Shown here: positions 45,652 through 56,792 of the stretch, one piece after another
Layout: each line of letters starts with the position of its first letter
How positions within the stretch are numbered: position 1 is the first letter of the stretch
Source: an uncultured Gemmatimonadales bacterium
GTDB taxonomy: Bacteria; Gemmatimonadota; Gemmatimonadetes; Longimicrobiales; RSA9
Length of the DNA: 64,000 nt
Assembly: GCA_963798845.1 (NCBI GenBank)
Contig: CAWCUS010000002.1
Coordinates: 768,001 to 832,000 of the forward strand
Reading direction: 5' to 3'
Notes under the pieces: generated by a model
Databases searched by the model: none
What the model saw: only the letters and a program-made list of their open reading frames with translations
Told to the model about the DNA's origin: nothing
Translations under genes and position numbers: made by a program

Positions 45652-46082
45652 GGTCTGGAGGGGAAGTGGCGTGAAAGCGATGAACGGGAGACCCGCGACG
45701 CGCGCCCGCCCATCGGGCGAAACGAGCGTTGATGCCAACCAAGAGGGGATGGTACGGCACACACTCTCGGCGGGCAACGCCCCGACCGGGTGTGGCACGC
45801 CTGCATCATTGGAAGAGACAAGAATACGACAGCGGGAGCCCGGCGACGCCCGCTCCAGGCCCCCCGCCGGCGTTGATGGGTGGTGCTTTTCCCCGGAAAA
45901 TCGGGCTGTCCCTTTCCGCTGACTGCTCTGGAATCGCCGGGCTCCGCCGCCGCTGAACCCCATTGTAGTGCAACGTCCGGGCCGCGCCGATAGCGGGGCG
46001 GGACGACCTTCTTCGCCAGCGGGAAGGGCCGGAAACGCCCGCACTAGAACTCGCGGGTGCCTTCGGTGTATCTTCGCTCCTC

Positions 46083-48074
<1,992 letters not shown>

Positions 48075-48294
48075 GGCGGCCGCCGCCTCCCCGGGTCCCC
48101 GTCCCCGTCCTCCTCCCCGTTCGCCGTCCGGGTTTTCCCGCAGATGAAAGGAAAGCGCCTGAAACTGCCGTGACGTAGTCCCGTCATCGCGCGGAAGCGC
48201 CCGCCGCACTGGCCTTACCTACGGGAACTGCCGGACGCGGACGTGGAGGCGGACCGGGACGAGGAAACTACGGTGCGGCTTCCGGGCGGTTGGT

Positions 48295-48663
48295 TCACTC
48301 CACCGGGTCCCACCGGCGGAGGAGAGCAGTGAGCATGGCGCACACCCTGTCCGCCATGACCAGCGCCTCGTCCACTTTCTTCCGGTCCGCCAGATCGAAA
48401 AGCCGGATCTCCGTCAGGGCTGCGGCGCATTCGTTCGCGGAGGCTCGGGCGGTCACGTACCGTTCCGCTTTCGCGCCCGGCCGGTACTTGCCGGCGCCTT
48501 CCGCGATGTTGAGGTGCACGGAGCGGGCGGAGCGGAGCGCCTGGTCGCGCAGGTCCGCGCAGCCACGGGGGAGCTGAGCGCAGACCTCCCGCACGAGCCC
48601 GAGCAGATCCAGGGAGCGCGCGTGCACCTGCAGCTTCTCGAACTCGAACCGGGTCGCGGGCAT
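48295..48663 (-). CDS. Four-helix-bundle protein (23S rRNA IVS / Avd-like family)
   Basis: FEKLQV, DLRDQALRSARSVHLNIAEG, ARASANEC family motifs; 122 aa. Confidence 0.85.
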   Translation of the reverse strand: MPATRFEFEKLQVHARSLDLLGLVREVCAQLPRGCADLRDQALRSARSVHLNIAEGAGKYRPGAKAERYVTARASANECAAALTEIRLFDLADRKKVDEALVMADRVCAMLTALLRRWDPVE

Positions 48664-48901
48664 GGCAGCGTGCCGGTGAGGAAGCGACGGTGTGGGCAGG
48701 GCGAGAATGCCGCTGAATCCGGGGCACGGCCATGGCTTGGCGGGCCACTTTCCATGGGCCACCCCCATCATCCTCCTCCGCGTCCCCGCCCGGCCGTTCC
48801 CGTCGGCTGCATCGGTGCGCCAGGCGCCTCGTCGCGGCGTCCGGGAAAACCAGGATGGAGACGACGCGGACCCGGAGCTACCCTTCAGGGACCGCGATCG
48901 C

Positions 48902-50731
48902 TCAGCCCCCCGCCGCCACCTCCCTCCACCTGGGGTGGCCCCTGAGCTTCGTCCACCAGCCCTGCTCCCCGAAGTCCGTGCCGGGGTTGGCCGCGGCGTA
49001 GTGCTTCAGGAGGTCGATGGCGTGGTCGTCGTCGCCGAGGCGGCTCCACATCTCGCCCTCCAGCAGGAGCAGGTCCCGGGTCGGGTCCACCTGCTCGGTG
49101 ATCCGCGCGTGGGCCCGGGCGAGGACGGCGCGGGCGCTGTCGGGCAGGTCGGCGCGGGCGAGAATGCCGCCGATGGCGAGGCGCGCGCGGGCGACCTCCC
49201 AGTCCCGCTGGTTCACGGGGGCGAGGGAGTCGAGGGCGGCCAGGAGGTCCCAGGCGGCGGGGACGTCGGGCTCCACGGCGTCGGTGTTCATGGCGAGGAG
49301 CTGGCAGGCGACGAACCGGTAGTTGCCGGGGAAGCGCTCGCGCCCGGTGTCGCACCAGCGGGCCATCTCCCGGTACTGCCCGAGGTTGAGCGACGCGCTG
49401 GCGATGCGCCAGATCACCAGGTCCGCATCGGCCAGGTAGGCGTCCTCCTCGTACGCCTTGCGGCCGGCCAGGACGGCGGCGGTGAGGTCCGGGGCGTTCA
49501 GGTAGAGGTGGCTGAGGCAGGCGTACGCGCTGGCCAGGCGATCGTCGATGTCCACGGCGCGCTCCAGGTCCGCGCGGGCGCTGCGGAACAGCGCGTCGCT
49601 CTCGTCGCGCTCGGGGACGACCCCCATGAGCCAGTGCCAGTACTTCAGCGTGCCGCGCACTTCCAGCGCGCGGGCGTCGTTCGGGTCCAGGTCGAGCGCC
49701 ACCTGCACGCGCTCGAGGCCGCGATCCACCCACGCCTCCATGTCGTCCAGGTCCGTGCCGAGCCGGGAGCGCCGGAACGCGACGAGGCCCCGCAGCACCG
49801 CGGGCTCCGGCCAGGCGGGGTCGAGCAGCTGAGCCTGCACGAGGAGCGAGTCGGCGCGGCCGAACGCGGTGGCCATGGCCCCGGCGTCGCCCTCGAGCAG
49901 GGCGTCCTCCGCCTGCTTCCGCTCGAACTCCGCGCGCTGGTACAGCGTCCACGCGGCCAGGCTCTCCGTCTGCCGCTTGGTGTGCCGCAGCTGCACCTGG
50001 TGGCCGAGCAGCCCGCGCAGCAGCCGCGCCGTCTCCTCCGCCACCGCATCCCTCGCCGCCAGCAGCTCGGCGGCCGGCCGCTCCAGCACCGCGCGGTCGA
50101 ACTCCACGCCGCTCTGGCCGTCCACCAGCCGGACGACGACGCGCACGTCGTCGCCCACCTTCTCCACCGCGCCGTCCACCACCGTCCCCGCCTTCAGCGC
50201 ACGCCCGACGCTGTCCAGCGGCACACGGGCCTCGCGGTACGGCGCTACGGCGTTGCGGGAGAGCACGTCCAGACCGGAGACCTCCGAGAGCTCGTCGATG
50301 AGCGACTCCGTCAGCCCATCGGCCACCGGGCGCAGCTCACCGGCGGCCGACAGGTCGACGAAGTAAGGGACGGCGACGCGGCCCAGGTCCAGCGCCGACG
50401 CCTCCGCGGCCGCGAGCGCCCGACGCTGCGACCAGTAGTCGTAAGCCGACGAGCCGCTGAACCCGAGAACCGCCAGCGCCACCACCGCGATGGTGACGAT
50501 CTCCTGCACCGGCGCCTTCTGCTTCCCCTTCTCCCCGTGGTACCACCCCACCAGGACCGCCACCACGATCCCGGCCGCAAACCAGGCCAGGGCGATCGTG
50601 TAGACCACCCGCGGCAGCACCTCGCGGTCCACGAGCTGGTCGAACACCTCCAGGCCGATCCAGCCGGCCGCCAGGTACGCCGCCACGATCTGGAAGAGAC
50701 GCCGCTCCTTCATGCGCTCGAACATGCCCAT
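48902..50731 (-). CDS. Membrane-anchored TolB-N/FlgO-like + TPR protein
   Basis: ERRLFQIVAAYLAAGW TM region, VAVPYF, ADGLTESLIDELS, VGRALKAGTVVDG, then TPRs (DPNDARA). Confidence 0.75.
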   Translation of the reverse strand: MGMFERMKERRLFQIVAAYLAAGWIGLEVFDQLVDREVLPRVVYTIALAWFAAGIVVAVLVGWYHGEKGKQKAPVQEIVTIAVVALAVLGFSGSSAYDYWSQRRALAAAEASALDLGRVAVPYFVDLSAAGELRPVADGLTESLIDELSEVSGLDVLSRNAVAPYREARVPLDSVGRALKAGTVVDGAVEKVGDDVRVVVRLVDGQSGVEFDRAVLERPAAELLAARDAVAEETARLLRGLLGHQVQLRHTKRQTESLAAWTLYQRAEFERKQAEDALLEGDAGAMATAFGRADSLLVQAQLLDPAWPEPAVLRGLVAFRRSRLGTDLDDMEAWVDRGLERVQVALDLDPNDARALEVRGTLKYWHWLMGVVPERDESDALFRSARADLERAVDIDDRLASAYACLSHLYLNAPDLTAAVLAGRKAYEEDAYLADADLVIWRIASASLNLGQYREMARWCDTGRERFPGNYRFVACQLLAMNTDAVEPDVPAAWDLLAALDSLAPVNQRDWEVARARLAIGGILARADLPDSARAVLARAHARITEQVDPTRDLLLLEGEMWSRLGDDDHAIDLLKHYAAANPGTDFGEQGWWTKLRGHPRWREVAAGG

Positions 50732-50761
50732 GGTGGTCCCGGGGTGAAGGGGAAGCCGGTT

Positions 50762-52971
50762 CTAGATGGTCATTGCAGCCCCGTTGGCGCGGGAATCCAG
50801 TCCGTGGGGCGCGGGAGGACTGCCTCGTCCGTCACCAGCACCCAGGACTCCGGCTCCGACAACGAAGCTGCCCTCCGCACCCACCACCTGCGCCCAGCTC
50901 GCCAGGTCCGGAACCTCGAACGCCCAGATCGCTCGGCCGGCGCCCTGGATGTATGCGAACGCGATCCAGTTGCCGTCCGGCGAGACCACCGGGTCGGAAA
51001 CCTCGACGGACGTGTCGGAGGCAGGCGTGAGCGGCGTGTATGACCCGTCCGACACGTCCATTACGTAGAGGTGGAAGTTCGCCTCGTACACGATGTGGCC
51101 GTTTCCGAGCCAGGCGAGCGACCTGGGTTCGTGGGCGCCGACGATGTACTCGGTGGGCGTCTGGAACTCCGTGCTGAAGTATTCGAGGATCACGATCTTC
51201 CAGGAGCCGCCGCAGTCGGTGGTGTACGCCAGCGCGGACCCGTCCGGAGACCACGCCGGGCTGAGGCTGGTGCAGGGGTTCGTGGTCAGCTCGGCCCCAT
51301 CAGTGACCCGCACGTCGGACTCCGACTGGTCGTACCCGAACACCGGAACCGTGTAGATGTCGAAGTTCAGCGGTGAAACGATGTAGGGCGGCGCAGCATA
51401 GGCGATGAGACCGCCCGACGGACGCCAGTCGGGCTCGATGGGGACGACCCCGTTCGTATTCAGGGTGGACGTCTCCTTCGATGCGAGACTCATCACGCCC
51501 AGAGTCGCCGAGGGCTCCGCGCCGGTCACGTAGGCGGCGTGAGCGCTCCACGCGAGCGAACCGTCCAAGACCACTCCGTCCCGATCGTCCGTGGCGTCCG
51601 ACACCAGCAATTCCGCCGTTCCGCCCGGCGTCAGGGCGAACAGGTCGACGCTGCGCTGTTGTCCGGGTTCTCCGCCTCGAAGATGATCGTGCCGGGCAGG
51701 TCGGACCCGACCTCTTCGTACGGCGTCAGGAAGAGGTCGCTGAAGTCGTTGGCCATGCCGCCGACCACGCGCGTGGTGCGTTGCGCGTAGGCGGGCGGGA
51801 CCAGCCAGTCGAAGGCGAGGCGGAGGGTGGAGCGGAACGAGGTCAGGGCACCGACCGCCGCCGGCGCGCAGCTGAGCAGATCGGTGGCATCGACTGGTGT
51901 GAGAAGCGTCAGGATGGACGGCGCCCCGACCACGTAGTCCGCCTTGCCGATCTGCAGGCTCTCCGGGCTGTCGTTCAGGAGCGCGCTGTAGTCGCAGATG
52001 CCGACGAGGACCGGGTTGGTGAACTGCCCGGGATCCGGGAATAGCAGGTAGCGGTAGCAGTCCCACTGGGCGAGATCGGCGTCGTAGTAGCAGGTGTAGC
52101 CGTCGTCGATCTCGTCGTCCGTGAACCGCTGGTCGATGACGAGCGTGTACTCCGCGCCCTCGCCGAGCCCGGGCAGGTCGCCGGGCTGGAACCGCACGCC
52201 GGTGGTGTTGAAGCCGGCCCGCGGGTCGAAGAGGAAGAAGTCGCCGCCCGTCCCGGGGTCCACCTGTTCCACCGCGCAGTTGGTCAAACACAGATCGGGG
52301 TCGGGATAGCCGCCGTTGCCGTGGAACGCGAGGAGCCCGTTGGCGACGTCGTACTCGTATGCCGCGACGTCGATGCGGAACTTGATGGGCAGCATCCGGC
52401 CGTCCTTCAGGCCGATCATGTCGTCGCTGGACAGGTTCTTGATGTCCTTGCCGCTCTCGGCCAGCTGGAAGTCGGCGTAGCCCAGCTCGAACGCCCCGTC
52501 GTCGCCATCGAGGGTGATGATGATCCGGTAGGTGACCTGGGCGCCGTCCGCGACGGAGGTCCGGAGCGTATACGGCGCCTCGGCGGTACCGAATACCGCC
52601 TTGGTGTCGAACTGGAGATGGTACTGGCCGTCCTGGACGAGGATGCCATTCCCGACCGTGTACGTGGCGATCGGGCTCGGGGCGCCTTCGCATGTCTCGC
52701 CGCCGGTTGCCGCCTGGCAGATGATCGTCAACCTCGGATCCGCGTCGGGATCGAACAGCCCGAAGGACGCGGCCGGATCGACGGACACCATGGGCGCGAG
52801 CCAGAAGAAGTGGGGGTTGCCGGTCACGCCGGCATCCTGGTGCAGGGCGTCGGTGATGCCGGCGCGCGCGCCATCGGGGTAGAGTGCGGGTTCGGGGCCG
52901 GTGGCATCGGAGCAGGCGGTGCCGAGTCCGAACGAGGCTGCCAGGACAAGGAGCAATGCGGGTCGTCGCAT
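50762..52971 (-). CDS. Cys-rich secreted lipoprotein with a C-terminal TolB-like (PD40) propeller; one frameshift near 51653
   Basis: MRRPALLLVLAASFGLGTAC lipobox with GAGGAA upstream; second frame gives PDWRPSG, PAWSPDGSALAY and PVVSPDGNWIAF repeats. Confidence 0.7.
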
Positions 52972-53050
52972 GAGGAGATTCCTCTTCGAAGTGGTCTGTG
53001 GGTCGTCGGTGTCGGGGCCCGGCGGACAGCGCCGCCGGGCCGGCATCGCC

Positions 53051-54199
53051 CTAGATCTCGGTGCCCTCGCTGATCCAGGGGCTGCGGGTGACGGCGAGCT
53101 CCAGGACGTAGTCGCCGTCGCCATCGGAGAAGCGCTGGCGGAAGCGGGCCTCGCCGTCGCCGGCCTTCACGGCGTGCTCGAGGACGCTCCGTCCCAGGAT
53201 GAAGGTGTGGTCGGCGATGTAGTCCTCGTTGAGGAAGGTGCCGAGCCACGTGATGAGCGAGCCGGCACCGGCGACCACGGCGATGGGGGCGCCGGCGCGC
53301 CGGAGGGCGGAGAGGTAGCGGGCGGTGGCGGCGAAAACGCCCTGCGCGACCGCGTCCATCTCCTCCAGCGTGCCGCCGACGTGCTCCCAGAGCGAGACGA
53401 CGACGGCGAGGGTGGGCGGCAGCTCCATGGGCGCACCGCCCGGGCCCCAGATGCGCCCTTCGCCCGGGGTGAAGCGGCGGAACTCGCCCGTGTCCACGTC
53501 GGGGAAGACGCGGCTCCGGAGCGTGGATGGGTGTTTCCCGCCGACGTCCACGGCACCGAACACCCAGTACGGCTCGTCCGCGCCCGCCAGGTCCCACCCG
53601 GTCTCGTCGTCGCACTTGAAGCAGGTGGCCTTGACCACGCACTTCATGGTCGGACGCGAGTGGCGGCCGTGGTCGGCGGCGACCGTGAGGCCGCACCCGA
53701 AGCCTGCCAGGACGGAGGGCGGGAGCACGGGCCGGTCGGAGAGCGTGAGCGGGCCGGCCAGAATCGCGCCGGCGTCCAGGATCAGCGTGTTCTCCTTTGC
53801 CAGGAGCCCCTCCTGGACGGGCTGGAGCCACTCCGCCATCTCCTTGAACGTCACCGCCTCATCCGACTTCAGAACCCCGAACATGCCGGGGAAGAACGTC
53901 TCCCGGACGTCCCGGTCCATCTCGGCGTACAGGCGACCCTGGTCCTTCAGCTTCGCCTCGCCAAGCCCGCTCGCCATCAGCGCGTCGACGATCACTTCCT
54001 CCGCCTGCGACAGCGGCGCGCCGATGCGCAGCTTCTCGCACCCGTGCAGCGTCAGCGCCAGCAGCCAGTTCCGCTCCCGGTTCGCGGCCAGCTTCTGGTG
54101 CAGGATATGACCCCGGCCGGTGTCGGCCGCGAGGTCGCTCAGGATCCGGTCCGATGGCTGGACCGCGCGGCGTCCGATAAAGCCGGACAGTCTGGTCAC
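53051..54199 (-). CDS. Hypothetical protein (382 aa)
   Basis: Long ORF with protein-like composition; AGGAGG RBS before a GTG start. Confidence 0.7.
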   Translation of the reverse strand: MTRLSGFIGRRAVQPSDRILSDLAADTGRGHILHQKLAANRERNWLLALTLHGCEKLRIGAPLSQAEEVIVDALMASGLGEAKLKDQGRLYAEMDRDVRETFFPGMFGVLKSDEAVTFKEMAEWLQPVQEGLLAKENTLILDAGAILAGPLTLSDRPVLPPSVLAGFGCGLTVAADHGRHSRPTMKCVVKATCFKCDDETGWDLAGADEPYWVFGAVDVGGKHPSTLRSRVFPDVDTGEFRRFTPGEGRIWGPGGAPMELPPTLAVVVSLWEHVGGTLEEMDAVAQGVFAATARYLSALRRAGAPIAVVAGAGSLITWLGTFLNEDYIADHTFILGRSVLEHAVKAGDGEARFRQRFSDGDGDYVLELAVTRSPWISEGTEI

Positions 54200-54364
54200 A
54201 ACGCCTCCTGATCTGGGAATGGGAGGTCAGGCGGTTCCGGGGCTGTCCCGCACGGCTCGCTTCCCCGGAACGGGGGAATGGGCGCAATGTATTCCGGGGC
54301 CGTCACGCGGCCGTCACGCGCCGACGGGCCGCCGGAGCTGGCTGGCCGGGAGGGCTGGCCGGGG

Positions 54365-54544
54365 GGGCTGGCCGGGCGGGCGGACCGGGCGAGCTGACTT
54401 GGCGGGCGGCCGGGGCGGCGGGCCGGGTGAGCGGACCGGGCGGGAGATCGGGCGGGCAGACGCGGGCGGGTGGACGCGGGCGGGCTGGCCGGGCGGGCGG
54501 ACCGGGCGAGCTGACTTGGCGGGCGGCCGGGGCGGCGGGCCGGG
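54365..54544. repeat. 63-bp exact direct repeat (54365-54427 and 54482-54544) in a G-rich intergenic tract
   Basis: gggctggccgggcgggcggaccgggcgagctgacttggcgggcggccggggcggcgggccggg occurs twice. Confidence 0.85.
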
Positions 54545-54745
54545 GGGTGGCGGGGGGTGGCACGGGGTGGCGGGGGGCTGCGGAGGCGGGTTGGAGGGCC
54601 GGGGTGTCGTGGTCGAGAATGTCTCCAGGTGGAGCGAACCAGGGCGGGCAAAATGTACCGCTAAGATGTTGTGTCGCAATGGTTTGTGAGGATTACGCGG
54701 GAGTGGTGATTCTCTCCAGCTGGAGAGAGATCCGCGGGAGGAGGG

Positions 54746-56488
54746 TCAGGCGAGGGCGCCGGGGCGATCGAGGAAGAGGGAAGCGGCGAGGTCGGGGAAC
54801 CAGGGCTGGGCCTGGAGGCAGCGTGTGAAGGGCCAGGGTCGGAGGAAGGCGACGAGGCCATCGTGCTCGGCGAGGGCGCGCTGGAGCGCGGCGCGGGCGT
54901 CATCGATCTCGCCGCGGCCGGCGTGGACCATGGCGAGGGCGAAGGGTGGGACGTAGTGTCCACGCTGCGTGGCGTTGAGGAGGCGGTGGAGGATCCTGAG
55001 GCTGCCGTGGTCGTCGCCGGCGCGGGCGAGGACGTGCCCGAGCGAAGCCAGCATGAAGGGGTTGGCGGGGGAGACGTCGAGGGCGCGGCGGAGGTGGACG
55101 GCGGCCTCGGCGGGGTTGCCCTGGAGCTCGCGGAGCATGCCGAGCTGCCAGAGTGCCTGGGGGGCGTCGGGGTCGAGCTCGAGAGTATCCCAGACGTGGC
55201 GTTCGGCGCGGTCGATGTCGCCGGCGCCGATGTGGACCCAGGCCTCGCCGGTGCCGATGGGAATCGAGACCGGGTCGAGGAGGCGGGCGCGCCGGATGGA
55301 AGCGCGGGCCTCGTCGTGCTGCTGGAGGCTGGCGTGGACGAGGCCGATGCCCCAGTGGGCGAAGGGGAGGTGCGGCGCGACGTCGCGGGCGTGGTGGAGC
55401 CGTTCGAGCGCGTCGTCCACTCGGCGGTCGTACACGTGGGCTTTCATGCCGAGGGCCACGTGGGCCTCGGGGAGGTCCGGCTCCAGGGCGAGCGCCCGGC
55501 GCGCGGCGGCTTCCCCGCGCGGAAACGCGATCTCCGGCGGGAGGTGTGCGAAGTGGCCGAGGACGCAGTAGGCCAGGGCGGTGCCGGCGTGCGCCGAGGG
55601 GGAGTCCGGGTCGAGGGCGGTGGCCCGGGTGAAGTGGGCGAGGGCGCGCTCAATGGCCTCGACGCGCCAGCGCCGGAAGTGGTAGAGCCCGCGCCGCACC
55701 TCCTCGCCGGCGGTGAGCGGGCCGGGAGGCGTGCCGCGGGCTCCACTGCCCCGGCCCGTGCCCGGGAAGAGGCCGGCCCCGGGCTCGGGCGGGATCGGCT
55801 CGACCTGGAGTGTAAGCCCGAGGTCGCCCTCCACACGACGACGCAGCCGGTCCCGTTCCGCAAGCGCTCGTCCGCGCTCGCCCGTCTCCAGGAGCAGCGC
55901 CACCAGCCGCTCGCTGCGGGGCTCGCTGAACGGATCGATCTCGAGCAATCGCCCCAGCCACCGCGCCTCCGCGTGGCGGTCCCCGTCGGCGCGGGCGTCG
56001 GCGATCAGGCGGCCGACGGCGTCCAGCACCGCACGCTCGTACCGCTGCCGGGTCTCGTCGGTCCAGCGCTCGAACTCCGGCGACTCGGATAGGTGGAACC
56101 CGTCGAGGAAAGGCCCGGTGTAGAATCCGACCACATCCCCGGGGCGGTCACCCGCCAGCGCTTCCTCCAGGGCGGACGTGTCCGCCCAGCAGCCGGCGGG
56201 CGAAAGGCACAGCGTCTCCTCCGTGTCGCACGCCAGCACGTCGCTGCCGGCCGCGTGACGAACACGGGTGAGGAGCTGGCGCAGGGCGTGCCGCGCGTGG
56301 TGGCGGTTCCGCTCGGGCCACAGCAGCGCCGTGATGAGCTCGCGACGTCGGGGCGTGCCCGGGGGCGCCGTGGCCAGGTACGCGAACAGCGCCATGATCT
56401 TCGCGCTGCCGAGGATGCCGGGGATCTCCCGGCCCCCGTCCGCCAGGACGCGTGGCGAGCCCAGCAGCCGAAGGATCAGCGTCTGCAC
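54746..56488 (-). CDS. SARP/AfsR-like (wHTH + BTAD) transcriptional regulator with C-terminal TPRs
   Basis: LRLLGSP, ALFAYLA, RRELITALLWP..ARHALRQ, YTGPFLDGF..EFERW, DPFSE, TPR tail (ALEPDLPEAH). Confidence 0.88.
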   Translation of the reverse strand: MQTLILRLLGSPRVLADGGREIPGILGSAKIMALFAYLATAPPGTPRRRELITALLWPERNRHHARHALRQLLTRVRHAAGSDVLACDTEETLCLSPAGCWADTSALEEALAGDRPGDVVGFYTGPFLDGFHLSESPEFERWTDETRQRYERAVLDAVGRLIADARADGDRHAEARWLGRLLEIDPFSEPRSERLVALLLETGERGRALAERDRLRRRVEGDLGLTLQVEPIPPEPGAGLFPGTGRGSGARGTPPGPLTAGEEVRRGLYHFRRWRVEAIERALAHFTRATALDPDSPSAHAGTALAYCVLGHFAHLPPEIAFPRGEAAARRALALEPDLPEAHVALGMKAHVYDRRVDDALERLHHARDVAPHLPFAHWGIGLVHASLQQHDEARASIRRARLLDPVSIPIGTGEAWVHIGAGDIDRAERHVWDTLELDPDAPQALWQLGMLRELQGNPAEAAVHLRRALDVSPANPFMLASLGHVLARAGDDHGSLRILHRLLNATQRGHYVPPFALAMVHAGRGEIDDARAALQRALAEHDGLVAFLRPWPFTRCLQAQPWFPDLAASLFLDRPGALA

Positions 56489-56792
56489 ACCGCCACCTCT
56501 GCGGCGAGGGACATCTTGCGACCCGCGGAAAAGGGCGGGACGTCAGAGCGGGCGGGGCGATGGTGTGACGATCGTGTGACGCCGGTTGAAATTAAACTCG
56601 CGCACGGGTTGCGCGGACGCAACACCGCTCCCGTCGGGGGCGAGGATGAGAAGGCGGTCGTGAGATCTCCATCTGGCGGCCGCCGTCGGCTATGTTGGAG
56701 GCGTGGGCGGTCCGAGGGATCAGCAGTTCCGGAGAATCGGATGGGAGAACGCAGGCGACGCACCGAACGGATCGGGCCCCGGGGACGCGGTC

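Noticed and set aside
45790..45810. Sigma54 promoter (TGGCAC)
   Set aside because: There is no GC at the -12 position with correct spacing
48295..48663. Avd-like gene as part of a diversity-generating retroelement
   Set aside because: No reverse transcriptase and no TR/VR pair with adenine-specific mismatches were seen in the window
56592..56672. Second GEMM-like riboswitch (AAAC-stem-GACGCAA)
   Set aside because: It lacks the GNRA loop, the AAGC..P3 arrangement and the 3' TACCGA/TGCCGA; it is better explained as a promoter plus a simple hairpin
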